A DNA stretch of 64,000 nt from an uncultured Mycoplasmatota bacterium (GTDB taxonomy: Bacteria > Bacillota_I > Bacilli_A > RF39 > UBA660), in the NCBI GenBank assembly GCA_900553395.1, contig USDJ01000005.1, positions 10,489 through 74,488 on the forward strand, read 5' to 3'. The notes below the pieces were generated by a model. That model was not told where the DNA came from, ran no database searches, and was given only the letters and a program-made list of their open reading frames with translations. Positions 49,417 through 59,101 of this stretch are shown here, piece after piece; positions within the stretch are counted from its first letter, which is position 1, and each line of letters begins with the position of its first letter. The position numbers were made by a program, and so were the translations under genes.

Positions 49417-49716
49417 TTACTTATTTTCTACCATATTTATAGTACTAACAATAAATTGAGCACTAATATCTTCTAGTGCATTTATATATGAATAAACTGC
49501 TTCTAAAAACTCAGGTTCACTCAAATCTGCTCTTTTTATATTTAACATTTCTTTGTTTAACATTATATTAGGCATTATTCCCATTTTATAGCAAAGAAGA
49601 GAATAATTAGAAATTAATTCTTCTAACTCTTTTATTATTTCACTTCTCTTATTTTCTATTGGAAGTAATTTATAATACTCCATAAGTCCTACAAACGCTT
49701 CTTTTTGTACTTCCAT
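49417..49716 (-). CDS. Hypothetical small protein (99 aa), sequence pattern suggests helical
   Basis: Its ATG overlaps the upstream stop (TAATG). No motif recognised. Confidence 0.5.
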   Translation of the reverse strand: MEVQKEAFVGLMEYYKLLPIENKRSEIIKELEELISNYSLLCYKMGIMPNIMLNKEMLNIKRADLSEPEFLEAVYSYINALEDISAQFIVSTINMVENK

Positions 49717-50081
49717 TATCTCATCACCTTTACTGGTGCTTTAAAGCTATCATTACTATATCCATATGTATTTATGAATCGCTCCATAGCTTTTGTAGCC
49801 GAATGGATATTACTTACCATTTGATATTTTCTTTTAAAGGCTTCAAAATTTTTTATTGCAATAGCTGTTTGACCAGATTTTTTAGATTTTAACTTTTCTT
49901 GTCTTGCTATTTCATTTTTTCCAACAATTTTTTCTATCTGCTTTTCTATATAGAGTATTTCAGCTCTAATGCCGTTAATTTCATCCATTGATCTATCACT
50001 AGAATTTAATAGCTGATTTAATTTTAATTGTAAATCTAATTTTTGATTCTCTAATGAATTTACATCTGACCAACTTATCAT
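49716..50081 (-). CDS. Hypothetical small protein (121 aa), coiled-coil-like
   Basis: AGGAGG RBS ('taggaggctttattATG'). Heptad-like 'LENQKLDLQLKLNQLL…IRAEILYIEKQIEKIV'. No family recognised. Confidence 0.5.
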   Translation of the reverse strand: MISWSDVNSLENQKLDLQLKLNQLLNSSDRSMDEINGIRAEILYIEKQIEKIVGKNEIARQEKLKSKKSGQTAIAIKNFEAFKRKYQMVSNIHSATKAMERFINTYGYSNDSFKAPVKVMR

Positions 50082-50107
50082 AATAAAGCCTCCTACTTAG
50101 TATAATA

Positions 50108-50136
50108 AATATACTATAAATACTACTATTTTTCAA
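50108..50136 (-). promoter_or_regulatory. Candidate sigma-A promoter of the four-gene cassette
   Basis: Minus strand reads TTGAAA, a 17-nt spacer, then TATATT; located 11 nt after the pcrA stop and about 25 nt before the RBS. Confidence 0.4.
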
Positions 50137-50146
50137 GATTTTTAGA

Positions 50147-52258
50147 TTAATTTTGTTTTTTTATACTTTTATGCCCCTTCATAATCTTCCTTATTCCAAA
50201 AGGATGCGGGAATGCTATAGTTAGAATTGATTTATCTATTGTAACTATTACTCCTTCGCCAAATTCATCATGCACTACTTTTTCTCCTACCATATATTCC
50301 AAATTAAGATCTACATTTTTATACTTATCAGGTTTATTATAAGTAATTTTATTGAAACCAGTCTTTTTAGACAATTCTAATTCTTTGTTTATGTATTCAT
50401 CACTAATTTCATTGATAAACCTACTAGGAGGATTTGAATCATATTGTCCAAATAGTAATCTTCTTTTAGCATTTAATATTGTTAATTTCTTCTTAGCCCT
50501 TGTAATTGCTACGTAGCAAAGTCTTCTTTCTTCCTCAATATCGCTTTCGCTACATAAACTCATATTATGTGGAAATATACCCTCTTCTAGTCCTATTAAA
50601 TATACATAATCAAACTCGAGTCCTTTTGCACTATGAACTGTCATAAGTGTAACCACATTTGTATCATTTTTATGTTCTTCTAAATCAGAAACTAAACTTA
50701 TTTCGTCTAAAAATTCAGCTAGTGAAATTATGCCATATCTATCTTCAAAATTTTTAGTTATTGACTTAAATTCTTCTAAGTTTTCAAGTCTTGATTGTGA
50801 TTCTATAGAATCTTCATCTTCTAGTTCTTTCTTTATACCAGTTTTTTCTAAAATTAGATCTACAAGTTCAGTTAAAGAAAGTTCTTCACTCTTATTTTGT
50901 AAATCAAGTATTAGATTTTTAAATTCTAATTCTTTACCACTATCTATAATATTAAATATACTATCGTTCATAATATTTGCTTTTGTAGTCAAATTCTCTA
51001 AGGTCTTTAAACCTATGCCCCTTTTTGGTATATTTATTATTCTATTTAAACTGATATCATCACTAGGATTATAAATTAATTTTAAATAACAAATTAAATC
51101 TTTAATTTCCTTTCTGTTATAAAAGTAAAAGCTTCCTACTACTTTATAGGGAATATTTTCTCTGAGGAAATACTCCTCTATATTTCTAGATTGTGCATTA
51201 GTTCTATATAAAATAGCTATTTTATCTAAACTAACATTATTATTTATCAAAGTTTTAATGTCTTTTAAGACAAAGCTAGCCTCATCTTTTTCATCTTCAC
51301 ATCTCTTATATTCTATCTTATCACCAGCATCATTATCAGTCCAAAGATTCTTTTCTTTTCTTTTTTTGTTATTTTTAATTACATCATTTGCTGCATTTAA
51401 AATATTTTTTGTAGATCTATAATTTTGCTCTAATAAAATGACTTTTGCATTATTATAATCGTGTTCAAAATTTAATATATTTCTATAATTAGATCCCCTA
51501 AATCCATATATACTCTGATCAGGATCACCAACTACACATATATTTTTATATTTACTGCTTAGCATTTTAGTTAATATATATTGAACTTCATTTGTATCTT
51601 GATATTCATCTATCAAGATATATTTGTACTTTTCTTGGTAGTAAGCTAATATTTCTGGATATTTTCTAAATAAAAGGATTGGCAGCATAAGTAAATCATC
51701 AAAATCAACACTATTATTTACTCTAAGCTTTTCTTCATACCTTCTATATACTTTTAAAACAACTTCATCCATTTCGTTTCCTACAAATTTTTCTAACTTA
51801 TCTGGATCTATAAGCTCGTTTTTAGCACTACTTATTCTATTTCTTATGGTTTTAGGATTAAAAAATTTAGGATCAAAATTTAAATCTTTTAAGATTTTTT
51901 TTATTGTGGATAAAGTATCATCTGAATCAACGATTGTAAAATTACTTTTTAAATCTAGTTTGTCATAATTTTTTTTAATAATAGAAAGTCCAAATGAATG
52001 AAATGTGGAAATTTGAATTTTCTTAGTATCTACACCAAGCATTTTTTCCACTCTTTCTTTCATTTCATTAGCAGCTTTATTTGTAAAAGTAATTGCTAAA
52101 ATATTATAAGGATCTATGTTCTTTTCTTCTATTAAATAAGCTATTTTTGTAGTCAATACTTTAGTTTTTCCACTACCCGCACCAGCAAGTATTAACATAG
52201 GTCCATCTATATTTTTAACAGCTTCTATTTGCTTATCATTTAAACTATCTAAATTCAT
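50147..52258 (-). CDS. pcrA: ATP-dependent DNA helicase PcrA (UvrD family)
   Basis: 'LAGAGSGKTKVL', 'DEYQDTN', 'QNYRST', 'TVHSAKGLEF', 'RRLCYVAITRAK'. Start taken as 'MNLDSLNDKQIEAV'. Confidence 0.95.
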   Translation of the reverse strand: MNLDSLNDKQIEAVKNIDGPMLILAGAGSGKTKVLTTKIAYLIEEKNIDPYNILAITFTNKAANEMKERVEKMLGVDTKKIQISTFHSFGLSIIKKNYDKLDLKSNFTIVDSDDTLSTIKKILKDLNFDPKFFNPKTIRNRISSAKNELIDPDKLEKFVGNEMDEVVLKVYRRYEEKLRVNNSVDFDDLLMLPILLFRKYPEILAYYQEKYKYILIDEYQDTNEVQYILTKMLSSKYKNICVVGDPDQSIYGFRGSNYRNILNFEHDYNNAKVILLEQNYRSTKNILNAANDVIKNNKKRKEKNLWTDNDAGDKIEYKRCEDEKDEASFVLKDIKTLINNNVSLDKIAILYRTNAQSRNIEEYFLRENIPYKVVGSFYFYNRKEIKDLICYLKLIYNPSDDISLNRIINIPKRGIGLKTLENLTTKANIMNDSIFNIIDSGKELEFKNLILDLQNKSEELSLTELVDLILEKTGIKKELEDEDSIESQSRLENLEEFKSITKNFEDRYGIISLAEFLDEISLVSDLEEHKNDTNVVTLMTVHSAKGLEFDYVYLIGLEEGIFPHNMSLCSESDIEEERRLCYVAITRAKKKLTILNAKRRLLFGQYDSNPPSRFINEISDEYINKELELSKKTGFNKITYNKPDKYKNVDLNLEYMVGEKVVHDEFGEGVIVTIDKSILTIAFPHPFGIRKIMKGHKSIKKQN

Positions 52259-52366
52259 TTTTTTACCTACTTTCTTTAACATTATACTAAACATTCGTTT
52301 ATATAACAACAAAATTCACAAAAAAAAGAGCAAGTGCTCTTGTATAAATTTTAAAAATCAATTTTA

Positions 52367-52927
52367 TTAATCTTGGACTACTTCTTTTTTATATTTTTTA
52401 TAAAGTATCTTCATATCTCCAGTTGATATATCATCAATTGTTGTTATATCTACAGGAGTTTGATATAGTTTTTCTGGCATAATACAAGTCAAAAAGTCAG
52501 GATCATTAATTTTGTCTAAGTCTTTGGCCATCTCTAAAAATAATCTATATTTTTTTAACTCTTTCTTTTCTCTTGATGCTTTAACTAAGCAAGATCCATA
52601 CCAAGCTATTAAAACAGAATAAAAGGCTAAAATTGCTTGATTTTTGAAAGTAACTTTTACTAAAATGGCTGCTAATGTCTGAATTATCAATGCTGTAATT
52701 AGGCAAATTTGACCAATGTTTAAATCAGAATATTTTCCACCCATCATTATTTCTCTTGCTTTTGCTTGGATTAACATTTTTTCTTTTATATTTTTAATAC
52801 TTAAATCGCCATCAACTCGCAATGTACTACCATCAAAGTATTCAACTATGTAACCGCCTTCATTATTAGGTTTGCAACTTTTTATTGTCTCTTGTCTTTT
52901 TGCTCCTGGGTAAGTAAATTTCATCAT
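52367..52927 (-). CDS. Hypothetical membrane protein (186 aa, about 2 TM)
   Basis: Central hydrophobic hairpin 'ICLITALIIQTLAAILV…AILAFYSVLIAWYGSCLV'. No family recognised. Confidence 0.45.
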   Translation of the reverse strand: MMKFTYPGAKRQETIKSCKPNNEGGYIVEYFDGSTLRVDGDLSIKNIKEKMLIQAKAREIMMGGKYSDLNIGQICLITALIIQTLAAILVKVTFKNQAILAFYSVLIAWYGSCLVKASREKKELKKYRLFLEMAKDLDKINDPDFLTCIMPEKLYQTPVDITTIDDISTGDMKILYKKYKKEVVQD

Positions 52928-53048
52928 ATCACCTCTGAATGTTAACTATTATATATTAATTTTTGATTTTTGTCTATACAACTCTTTAAATTGCTTTAAC
53001 AATTTTTTTATTTGAGAATATAATACTATTGATTAGGAGGAGAAAATT

Positions 53049-54041
53049 TTGAAAAAAATAATTATTTCTTTAATTGCATTTGTGATAATAATTTTACTTG
53101 CTATCGGAATTTTTTACAAAAAGGATAGTAGTAGTAAAAAAGATCTTAAATCAATTACAGTTGCAGAAGTAGCACATAGCATTTTTTATGCACCTATGTA
53201 TGTAGCACATTCTAAAGGTTACTTTGCTGATGAGGGGCTTGATGTGGAAATAGTACTTACAAGTGGTGCTGATAGCGTTGCTGCTGCCGTTATGAGTGGA
53301 GACGCACAAATAGGATTTTGTGGTAGTGAACAGTCTATTTATATTTATAATGGGGGAGAAAAAGACTATTTAGTTAACTTCGCAGGTCTTACTAAGAGAG
53401 ATGGCTCTTTCATAGTTGGAAGACAAGATAAAAAATTCGATATTTCTGATTTAAAAGGTAAACATATAATTGCAGGTCGTGAAGGTGGAATGCCTGCTAT
53501 GACACTTGCTTATACATTAAAAGAAAATGGTATCAGTCTGGATGACCTAAATTTTGATACATCAATTGCCTTTGCATCTATGTCTGGAGCATTTATAGGT
53601 GGAACTGGTGACTTTGTTGCACTATTTGAACCTACAGCCCTACAAATAGAAAAAGAAGGATATGGAACTGTTGTTGCATCACTTGGTAAATTAGGAGGTA
53701 TAGTACCATATACTACATATATGTCAAGAAAAAGTTATATTGAAAGGAATAGTGAAACATTAAAAGGATTTACTAAAGCCATACAAAAAGGTATTGATTT
53801 TACTTTAAATAGTAGCGATAGTGAAGTCGCTAAAGCTATAAGTGACTATTTTCCTGATACATCTTTTAACGATCTAGTAGAAGTTGTTAAAAGATATAGA
53901 GAAAATGATTCTTGGTTTGACACTACTTATATAACTGAAGAAGGATTCAAAAGAGTACAAGATATAATGAAAAATTCAAATAAATTAGAAAAAGAAGCAC
54001 CATATAAAAAATTAGTTGATAATAGTTTCAGTCAAAAATAA
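53049..54041 (+). CDS. ABC transporter substrate-binding protein, NMT1/THI5-SsuA-like (NitT/TauT family)
   Basis: TTG start behind AGGAGG, an N-terminal anchor, and 'ITVAEVAHSIFYAPMYVAHSKGYFADEGLDVEIV…GADSVAAAVMSGDAQIGF'. Confidence 0.78.
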   Translation: MKKIIISLIAFVIIILLAIGIFYKKDSSSKKDLKSITVAEVAHSIFYAPMYVAHSKGYFADEGLDVEIVLTSGADSVAAAVMSGDAQIGFCGSEQSIYIYNGGEKDYLVNFAGLTKRDGSFIVGRQDKKFDISDLKGKHIIAGREGGMPAMTLAYTLKENGISLDDLNFDTSIAFASMSGAFIGGTGDFVALFEPTALQIEKEGYGTVVASLGKLGGIVPYTTYMSRKSYIERNSETLKGFTKAIQKGIDFTLNSSDSEVAKAISDYFPDTSFNDLVEVVKRYRENDSWFDTTYITEEGFKRVQDIMKNSNKLEKEAPYKKLVDNSFSQK

Positions 54042-54046
54042 TAATT

Positions 54047-54070
54047 AATCAGTCAAAAGGCTGATTTTTT
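54047..54070 (+). terminator. Terminator after the SBP gene
   Basis: AATCAG-TCAAAAGG-CTGATT followed by TTTTTT. Confidence 0.55.
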
Positions 54071-54072
54071 TA

Positions 54073-54101
54073 CATTTTAATATAAAAAAAATAAGCATTA
54101 A
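54073..54101 (-). terminator. Terminator after the VanZ-RDD gene
   Basis: Minus strand reads ATAAGCA-AATTTAA-TGCTTAT followed by TTTTTTTT; overlaps the stop codon. Confidence 0.6.
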
Positions 54102-55201
54102 ATTTGCTTATCTTTATTAATAGTGCTTTTAAAAAGAACACCAGTATATTTATCATAATGTGCTTTTGATTTAAATAATATTGTAAATATATTAATTATA
54201 TAAAATAAGAACAATCCTATAAATACCACTCCAAATAAGCATAATTTTTCAACAGTATTAAAATAGGAATAATTATTTAGTTTAAAAAGTCCTAAAGCTA
54301 CAAAGTAGACAAGTCCAAAATAATTAAAGTAAGTAATTAATGCTCTTAAGAAAAGTCTAAGAATTTTTTTATCAGGAAAATTTAACTTAACATTTAAAAA
54401 CTTTCCACCCAAGGTTGAACAATCCATAAAATAAGGAATAATAACAAAGTAAAGTATAAATAATATATATTTAGTATATGAATTTTTAATAAATAGATTT
54501 ATTAGAATTAATAAAAACATATAAATAAACGTATCAAGCAAATACAGAGTTATTCTTCTTAAACCAGAAACCCTTTCCCCTACTTGTTTTGACTTTTCAT
54601 CTATTTTATCTCTACTAGGAAGGTGGTTTAAAAATAATCCCATAATTAAATATCCTATTCCACCACCTAATGTATTTAAAAGCAAATCATCAACATCGAA
54701 TAATCTATATGGCCTAGGATAAATGAAATATAATCCAGATAATTGTGTAAGTTCGAAAAACAATGATAATAAAAATGTAAAAAACACTGTTTTTTTGAAA
54801 CTACATTTATAATAATATCTTAAATACATACCAAATGGCATAGTCATAAATATGTTAAACACAGCTACATAAATACAAGGATTCGCTAATGATTTTAAAT
54901 ATGTATGAGGATTTGTTAATACAAAACTTGACTTATCTATAATATCCTTAACAAATGAGAAAGGCATTAAATTAAAATATGGACTAGTCATTTCTTCTAC
55001 TTCACTAATTTCAGGTAGTGGAAGTATTACTAAAAAATAAATAGTAATTAAATAAAGTATAAAAGAATATACAATAAACGTTCTAAATTTGTTTATAGAA
55101 CCATATCTATGATACTCAATTAATATAAATGGAATTGTAAATATAAATGCTACTATAGGAAATGCAAATAGTGCTGTTTTGATTACTTCAATATAATTCA
55201 T
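54098..55201 (-). CDS. VanZ-like domain fused to an RDD domain (membrane protein)
   Basis: VanZ: 'NIFMTMPFGMYL…FFELTQL…RLFDVDDLLLNTLGGGIGYL'. RDD: 'GLRRITLYLLDTFIYMF…STLGGKFLNVKL…HYDKYTGVLF'. Confidence 0.7.
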   Translation of the reverse strand: MNYIEVIKTALFAFPIVAFIFTIPFILIEYHRYGSINKFRTFIVYSFILYLITIYFLVILPLPEISEVEEMTSPYFNLMPFSFVKDIIDKSSFVLTNPHTYLKSLANPCIYVAVFNIFMTMPFGMYLRYYYKCSFKKTVFFTFLLSLFFELTQLSGLYFIYPRPYRLFDVDDLLLNTLGGGIGYLIMGLFLNHLPSRDKIDEKSKQVGERVSGLRRITLYLLDTFIYMFLLILINLFIKNSYTKYILFILYFVIIPYFMDCSTLGGKFLNVKLNFPDKKILRLFLRALITYFNYFGLVYFVALGLFKLNNYSYFNTVEKLCLFGVVFIGLFLFYIINIFTILFKSKAHYDKYTGVLFKSTINKDKQI

Positions 55202-55202
55202 T

Positions 55203-57260
55203 TTACCTCTCTTTTACAATGCTTTTACTACATAAATATGTCAACAAAAAGTAACCTCCGTAAATAACTATCAAAAATATTGCAGTCATAATAATTGAAG
55301 GAAGTAATTTTTCATTACCAAATGTCTGTAATATGAACTGTGCAAATTTTATTCCAAAGAATGAATGTACTATAGCTAATGCTAACGGAAACATAAAGAA
55401 TATACCTATCTGACTAAATAAAGCTTTATTAATCATTTTTTCATCAGCGCCAAGTTTTCTTAGCATTCTAAATCTTTCTTTATTATCAGTTGATTCAGAT
55501 AGTTCTTTTAATGCTAATATTGCTGCTGACGACATTAAAAATATCAAACCTAAATAAAGACCTATAAAAGTAGCAAGTGCTCCAAGACCTATTGATGCAT
55601 CTTTGATATCAATTTTAGTGTTTATTGTAGTCCAAGTATCTTTGTTATAATGTAAACTGATTGTAGAAGTCAATTTTTTTTCAAATTCTAATCTTTTTGC
55701 TTTATTATTAGTTTTATAATTAGCAACTAGAATCTCTTTAGCAATATTGTCATCATTAACTACCACATCAGGTACTACTATTATACCATCATTAGCATGA
55801 TTTGAGCCAATATCTATAAATCCATTAACACAATTAGTGTATTTTGGAGATAAAGTATGTCCATTGACATTTATGCTAGTATTATATTTTAGACCCATAT
55901 TTCTAACTTCAATCATAGATTTATAATCTGCTATTATTAGATATTCGTCATTTTCTAACTCATATCTTTCCAAGCCATAAAGCTTAGCTAACTTATTATA
56001 ATCACTTAACTTAATATAAAGTTCTCTTTTATCAGTATTCATAAGCTCATACTTTTTATTTATATATTCAATACTCTTACCTAAAGTAGCCTTTAATGTT
56101 AAATCATCTTGTTTATATAAATTAATAAATAATATTTCATTAAAATAATCATCTAAATTAATATCTATATTTTTAAGTGAATCTAGTAAAGGCACATAGC
56201 TATCAGAAAACGCAGCTTTATTTTCATCATCTAAATATTCATAAGATAGATTTCTTAACTTTTGTATTTCAACATCGACAGGAGTTAATTTACTAATATT
56301 ATAAGATAAAGAATTTTTTAAAGACAATGATGATGAAAATATACATATAGTTATAAACAGCATTAAACATATAATAGTCATAGAAAATACCATTGTATTT
56401 ACTTTACTACTTATTTGCCTTAGTGTAAAACTGTTTAAATTTTTGTAATAAATATTTTTCATTGACATCACAAGCTTCAATATGAGGCCTGATAATGACC
56501 AGAAAATTAAGAAAGTTGAAATGGCACCTAATGATATAGGAATAAATATTTTATATGCTTGATCTAATTTTTCTATTCCATCTGTAACAAGATAATATGC
56601 ATATCCAAGCGCTATAGATGAAATTATAAAGATTATTACACACAAAACTGGATTTTTAAGTTTTATTTTTTCTGACTTCTTATTAGCATACAATAAATTT
56701 ATAAGTTTTACTTTATTTATGCTTATCGTATTAAAAATCATAAGAATTAAATACATAATACTAAAATAAATAATTGTTTTTAAGAAAGCTTTATAAGAAA
56801 ATGTAAACGCAAATCTTGTCATGTCAGCATCAAACATATTAACAACAAATATACTCATTAACTGTGATAACATTACTCCAATTAAAAGACCTGCTATTAA
56901 AGATATTATTCCTATAAAAATAGTTTCTAGAAATAATATTATCGATATTTTTCTCTTGCTCATTCCAAGAACTAAATAAATTCCAAATTCTTTTTTTCTT
57001 CTTTTAATCAAAAATCTTGACGCATATATAATTAAACATCCAAGAACAAACGAAACAAATATACTCACTCCTGATAATATACTATTCATTATATCAATTA
57101 TCTCATAAGTAGATTTAGAAACATTTATCATGACTGTTTGACTATCTATAGCATTAAAAACATAAAAAATTGCTACACCAAGTATAAGAGTAAAAAAATA
57201 TATTGCATAGTCTTTTATACTCTTAGCTATATTTTTAAGAGAGATTTTACAAAGCATCAT
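55203..57260 (-). CDS. BceB-type FtsX-family ABC permease (10 TM with a large extracellular loop)
   Basis: 685 aa with two FtsX modules flanking a roughly 200-aa hydrophilic loop. Overlaps the upstream ATPase gene. Confidence 0.85.
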   Translation of the reverse strand: MMLCKISLKNIAKSIKDYAIYFFTLILGVAIFYVFNAIDSQTVMINVSKSTYEIIDIMNSILSGVSIFVSFVLGCLIIYASRFLIKRRKKEFGIYLVLGMSKRKISIILFLETIFIGIISLIAGLLIGVMLSQLMSIFVVNMFDADMTRFAFTFSYKAFLKTIIYFSIMYLILMIFNTISINKVKLINLLYANKKSEKIKLKNPVLCVIIFIISSIALGYAYYLVTDGIEKLDQAYKIFIPISLGAISTFLIFWSLSGLILKLVMSMKNIYYKNLNSFTLRQISSKVNTMVFSMTIICLMLFITICIFSSSLSLKNSLSYNISKLTPVDVEIQKLRNLSYEYLDDENKAAFSDSYVPLLDSLKNIDINLDDYFNEILFINLYKQDDLTLKATLGKSIEYINKKYELMNTDKRELYIKLSDYNKLAKLYGLERYELENDEYLIIADYKSMIEVRNMGLKYNTSINVNGHTLSPKYTNCVNGFIDIGSNHANDGIIVVPDVVVNDDNIAKEILVANYKTNNKAKRLEFEKKLTSTISLHYNKDTWTTINTKIDIKDASIGLGALATFIGLYLGLIFLMSSAAILALKELSESTDNKERFRMLRKLGADEKMINKALFSQIGIFFMFPLALAIVHSFFGIKFAQFILQTFGNEKLLPSIIMTAIFLIVIYGGYFLLTYLCSKSIVKER

Positions 57261-58014
57261 TTAAGTCACCACCAAGAAGTGAAATAACATCAATAATTTT
57301 ATTAAAGAACTCTTTTCTAGTATCATTTCCTCTTCTTAATTCATTAAATATTTTGCCGTCTTTTATAAAAATAACTCTTTTAGCATAACTTGATGAAAAG
57401 GCATCGTGTGTTACCATAAGTATTGTAGCCTTTAAATTTTCGTTTAAATAGTTAAGTTTTTCTAATAACATCTTTGACGATTTAGAATCAAGTGCACCTG
57501 TTGGCTCATCTGCTAGTATAAGCTTAGGATTTGTAATTACTGCTCTTGCACTTGCTACCCTTTGCTTTTCTCCACCACTCATTTGATACGGATACTTATC
57601 TAATACATTTACTATGTTTAGTTCTTTTGCTATCTTATTTATTTCTTTATCTATTTCTTTAAACTTAACATTCTGAATAGAAAGAGCTAATGCTATATTT
57701 TCATATGCAGTTAATGTGTCTAATAAATTAAAATCTTGAAATATAAATCCTAATTCTTCGCGCCTAAATTTAGTAAGCGAATTACCTTTTAACTTAGTAA
57801 TATCACAACCTGCTACATAAATATGTCCTGATGTTACCTTATCAATAGTAGAAATACAATTAAGTAAAGTCGTTTTTCCACTTCCACTAGCTCCCATAAT
57901 AGCAACAAATTCGCCCTTCTCTACTTCGAAAGAGATATTATTTATAGCCTTTGTTAAACTAGACTTATTTCCATAATACTTCTCTATATTTTTTATTTTT
58001 AAAATTGTTTCCAT
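57247..58014 (-). CDS. BceA-type ABC ATPase
   Basis: 'GASGSGKTTLLN', 'LSGGEKQRVASARA', 'ILADEPTGALD'. ATG 58014 follows GGAGG. Confidence 0.9.
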   Translation of the reverse strand: METILKIKNIEKYYGNKSSLTKAINNISFEVEKGEFVAIMGASGSGKTTLLNCISTIDKVTSGHIYVAGCDITKLKGNSLTKFRREELGFIFQDFNLLDTLTAYENIALALSIQNVKFKEIDKEINKIAKELNIVNVLDKYPYQMSGGEKQRVASARAVITNPKLILADEPTGALDSKSSKMLLEKLNYLNENLKATILMVTHDAFSSSYAKRVIFIKDGKIFNELRRGNDTRKEFFNKIIDVISLLGGDLNDAL

Positions 58015-58081
58015 ATTTACCTCCACAATAAAATTATATTATAGTATTATTTTTTTGTCGCAAGTTTAATATTAATAAATA

Positions 58082-59101
58082 TTACAATTTTGTAACATCA
58101 TAATAATCATTTTTCATAATAGTTATATAAATAGACGTATACTTACCAACCTCAGATTTAACATCAACTATGTGTCCTAACTTTTCACACAAATTTTTAA
58201 CTATGTATAATCCCATTCCAGTAGATTTAACCTTTTCTCTTCCGTTAGTTCCTGTAAACGATTTATCAAAAATTCTAGGTAAATCACTTTCTTCTATTCC
58301 TATGCCATTATCAGTGATAATGATTACTACTTTATCGTCATAGTTTTTTGAGGATATTTTTATGTAAGAATCTTTATTTTTCTTATACTTTATACTATTG
58401 TTTATTATTTGATTTAAAATAAATTCTAACCATTTAATATCAGTTCTTATATATAAATCATCAATATCTACAATAAAATTTATTTTATTTTCTAATATAT
58501 CGTCTTTATTTTTTAAAGCAACTTGGCTTATAACTTGGTCTAACTTGTACTCTTTGATTATAAAATCTTTTTCTGTATTCTCACTTCTTACATAATACAA
58601 AACTTGATCTATGTAATTATCTAATTTTGATATTTGATGTATGTATTTTTTATCTAAAAATCTTTTATCATTGTGGCACATAAGTATTAATGATGAAATT
58701 GGAATTTTAACCTCGTGTATCCACATTTCTATATATTCTTTAAAATCGCTTATACTTAAACTACAACGATTTATTTCTTCTATCATTGATTTATTTATTT
58801 CATAAAGTTGATCAAATATAATGTTACCTTCATAAAATGAAGGTCTATTTAATGTTTCTAAAACTAAGTACTTTTTATCCAATAAGTCTATATTATTTAC
58901 TAATTTATTATAAAAATTTTTCTTTCTAATAAAATCGTATAAAATTATAATAATTAAAAGAAGTGCTAGTATTACCATTATGGCTACAATTAGTGAAACC
59001 TGAGTTTTGAATGCTAATAACATTAATGCAATAATTAAACTAAAGGCAAGATAAATCAAAATAATTATAATTTTATCTTTTAAATAAGCCGCAAATTTCA
59101 T
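58082..59101 (-). CDS. Intramembrane-sensing histidine kinase (BceS-like)
   Basis: Two N-terminal TM segments with almost no external loop; H-box-like 'WIHEVKIPIS'; 'DNGIGI' and 'STGMGLYIV'. Confidence 0.85.
   Translation of the reverse strand: MKFAAYLKDKIIIILIYLAFSLIIALMLLAFKTQVSLIVAIMVILALLLIIIILYDFIRKKNFYNKLVNNIDLLDKKYLVLETLNRPSFYEGNIIFDQLYEINKSMIEEINRCSLSISDFKEYIEMWIHEVKIPISSLILMCHNDKRFLDKKYIHQISKLDNYIDQVLYYVRSENTEKDFIIKEYKLDQVISQVALKNKDDILENKINFIVDIDDLYIRTDIKWLEFILNQIINNSIKYKKNKDSYIKISSKNYDDKVVIIITDNGIGIEESDLPRIFDKSFTGTNGREKVKSTGMGLYIVKNLCEKLGHIVDVKSEVGKYTSIYITIMKNDYYDVTKL

Noticed and set aside
52928-53048. A TPP or other riboswitch upstream of the NMT1/THI5-like binding protein.
   Set aside because: The 120-nt leader is AT-rich and shows none of the conserved TPP-riboswitch core (CUGAGA … ACCUGA). 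It is also too short for the aptamer plus an expression platform.
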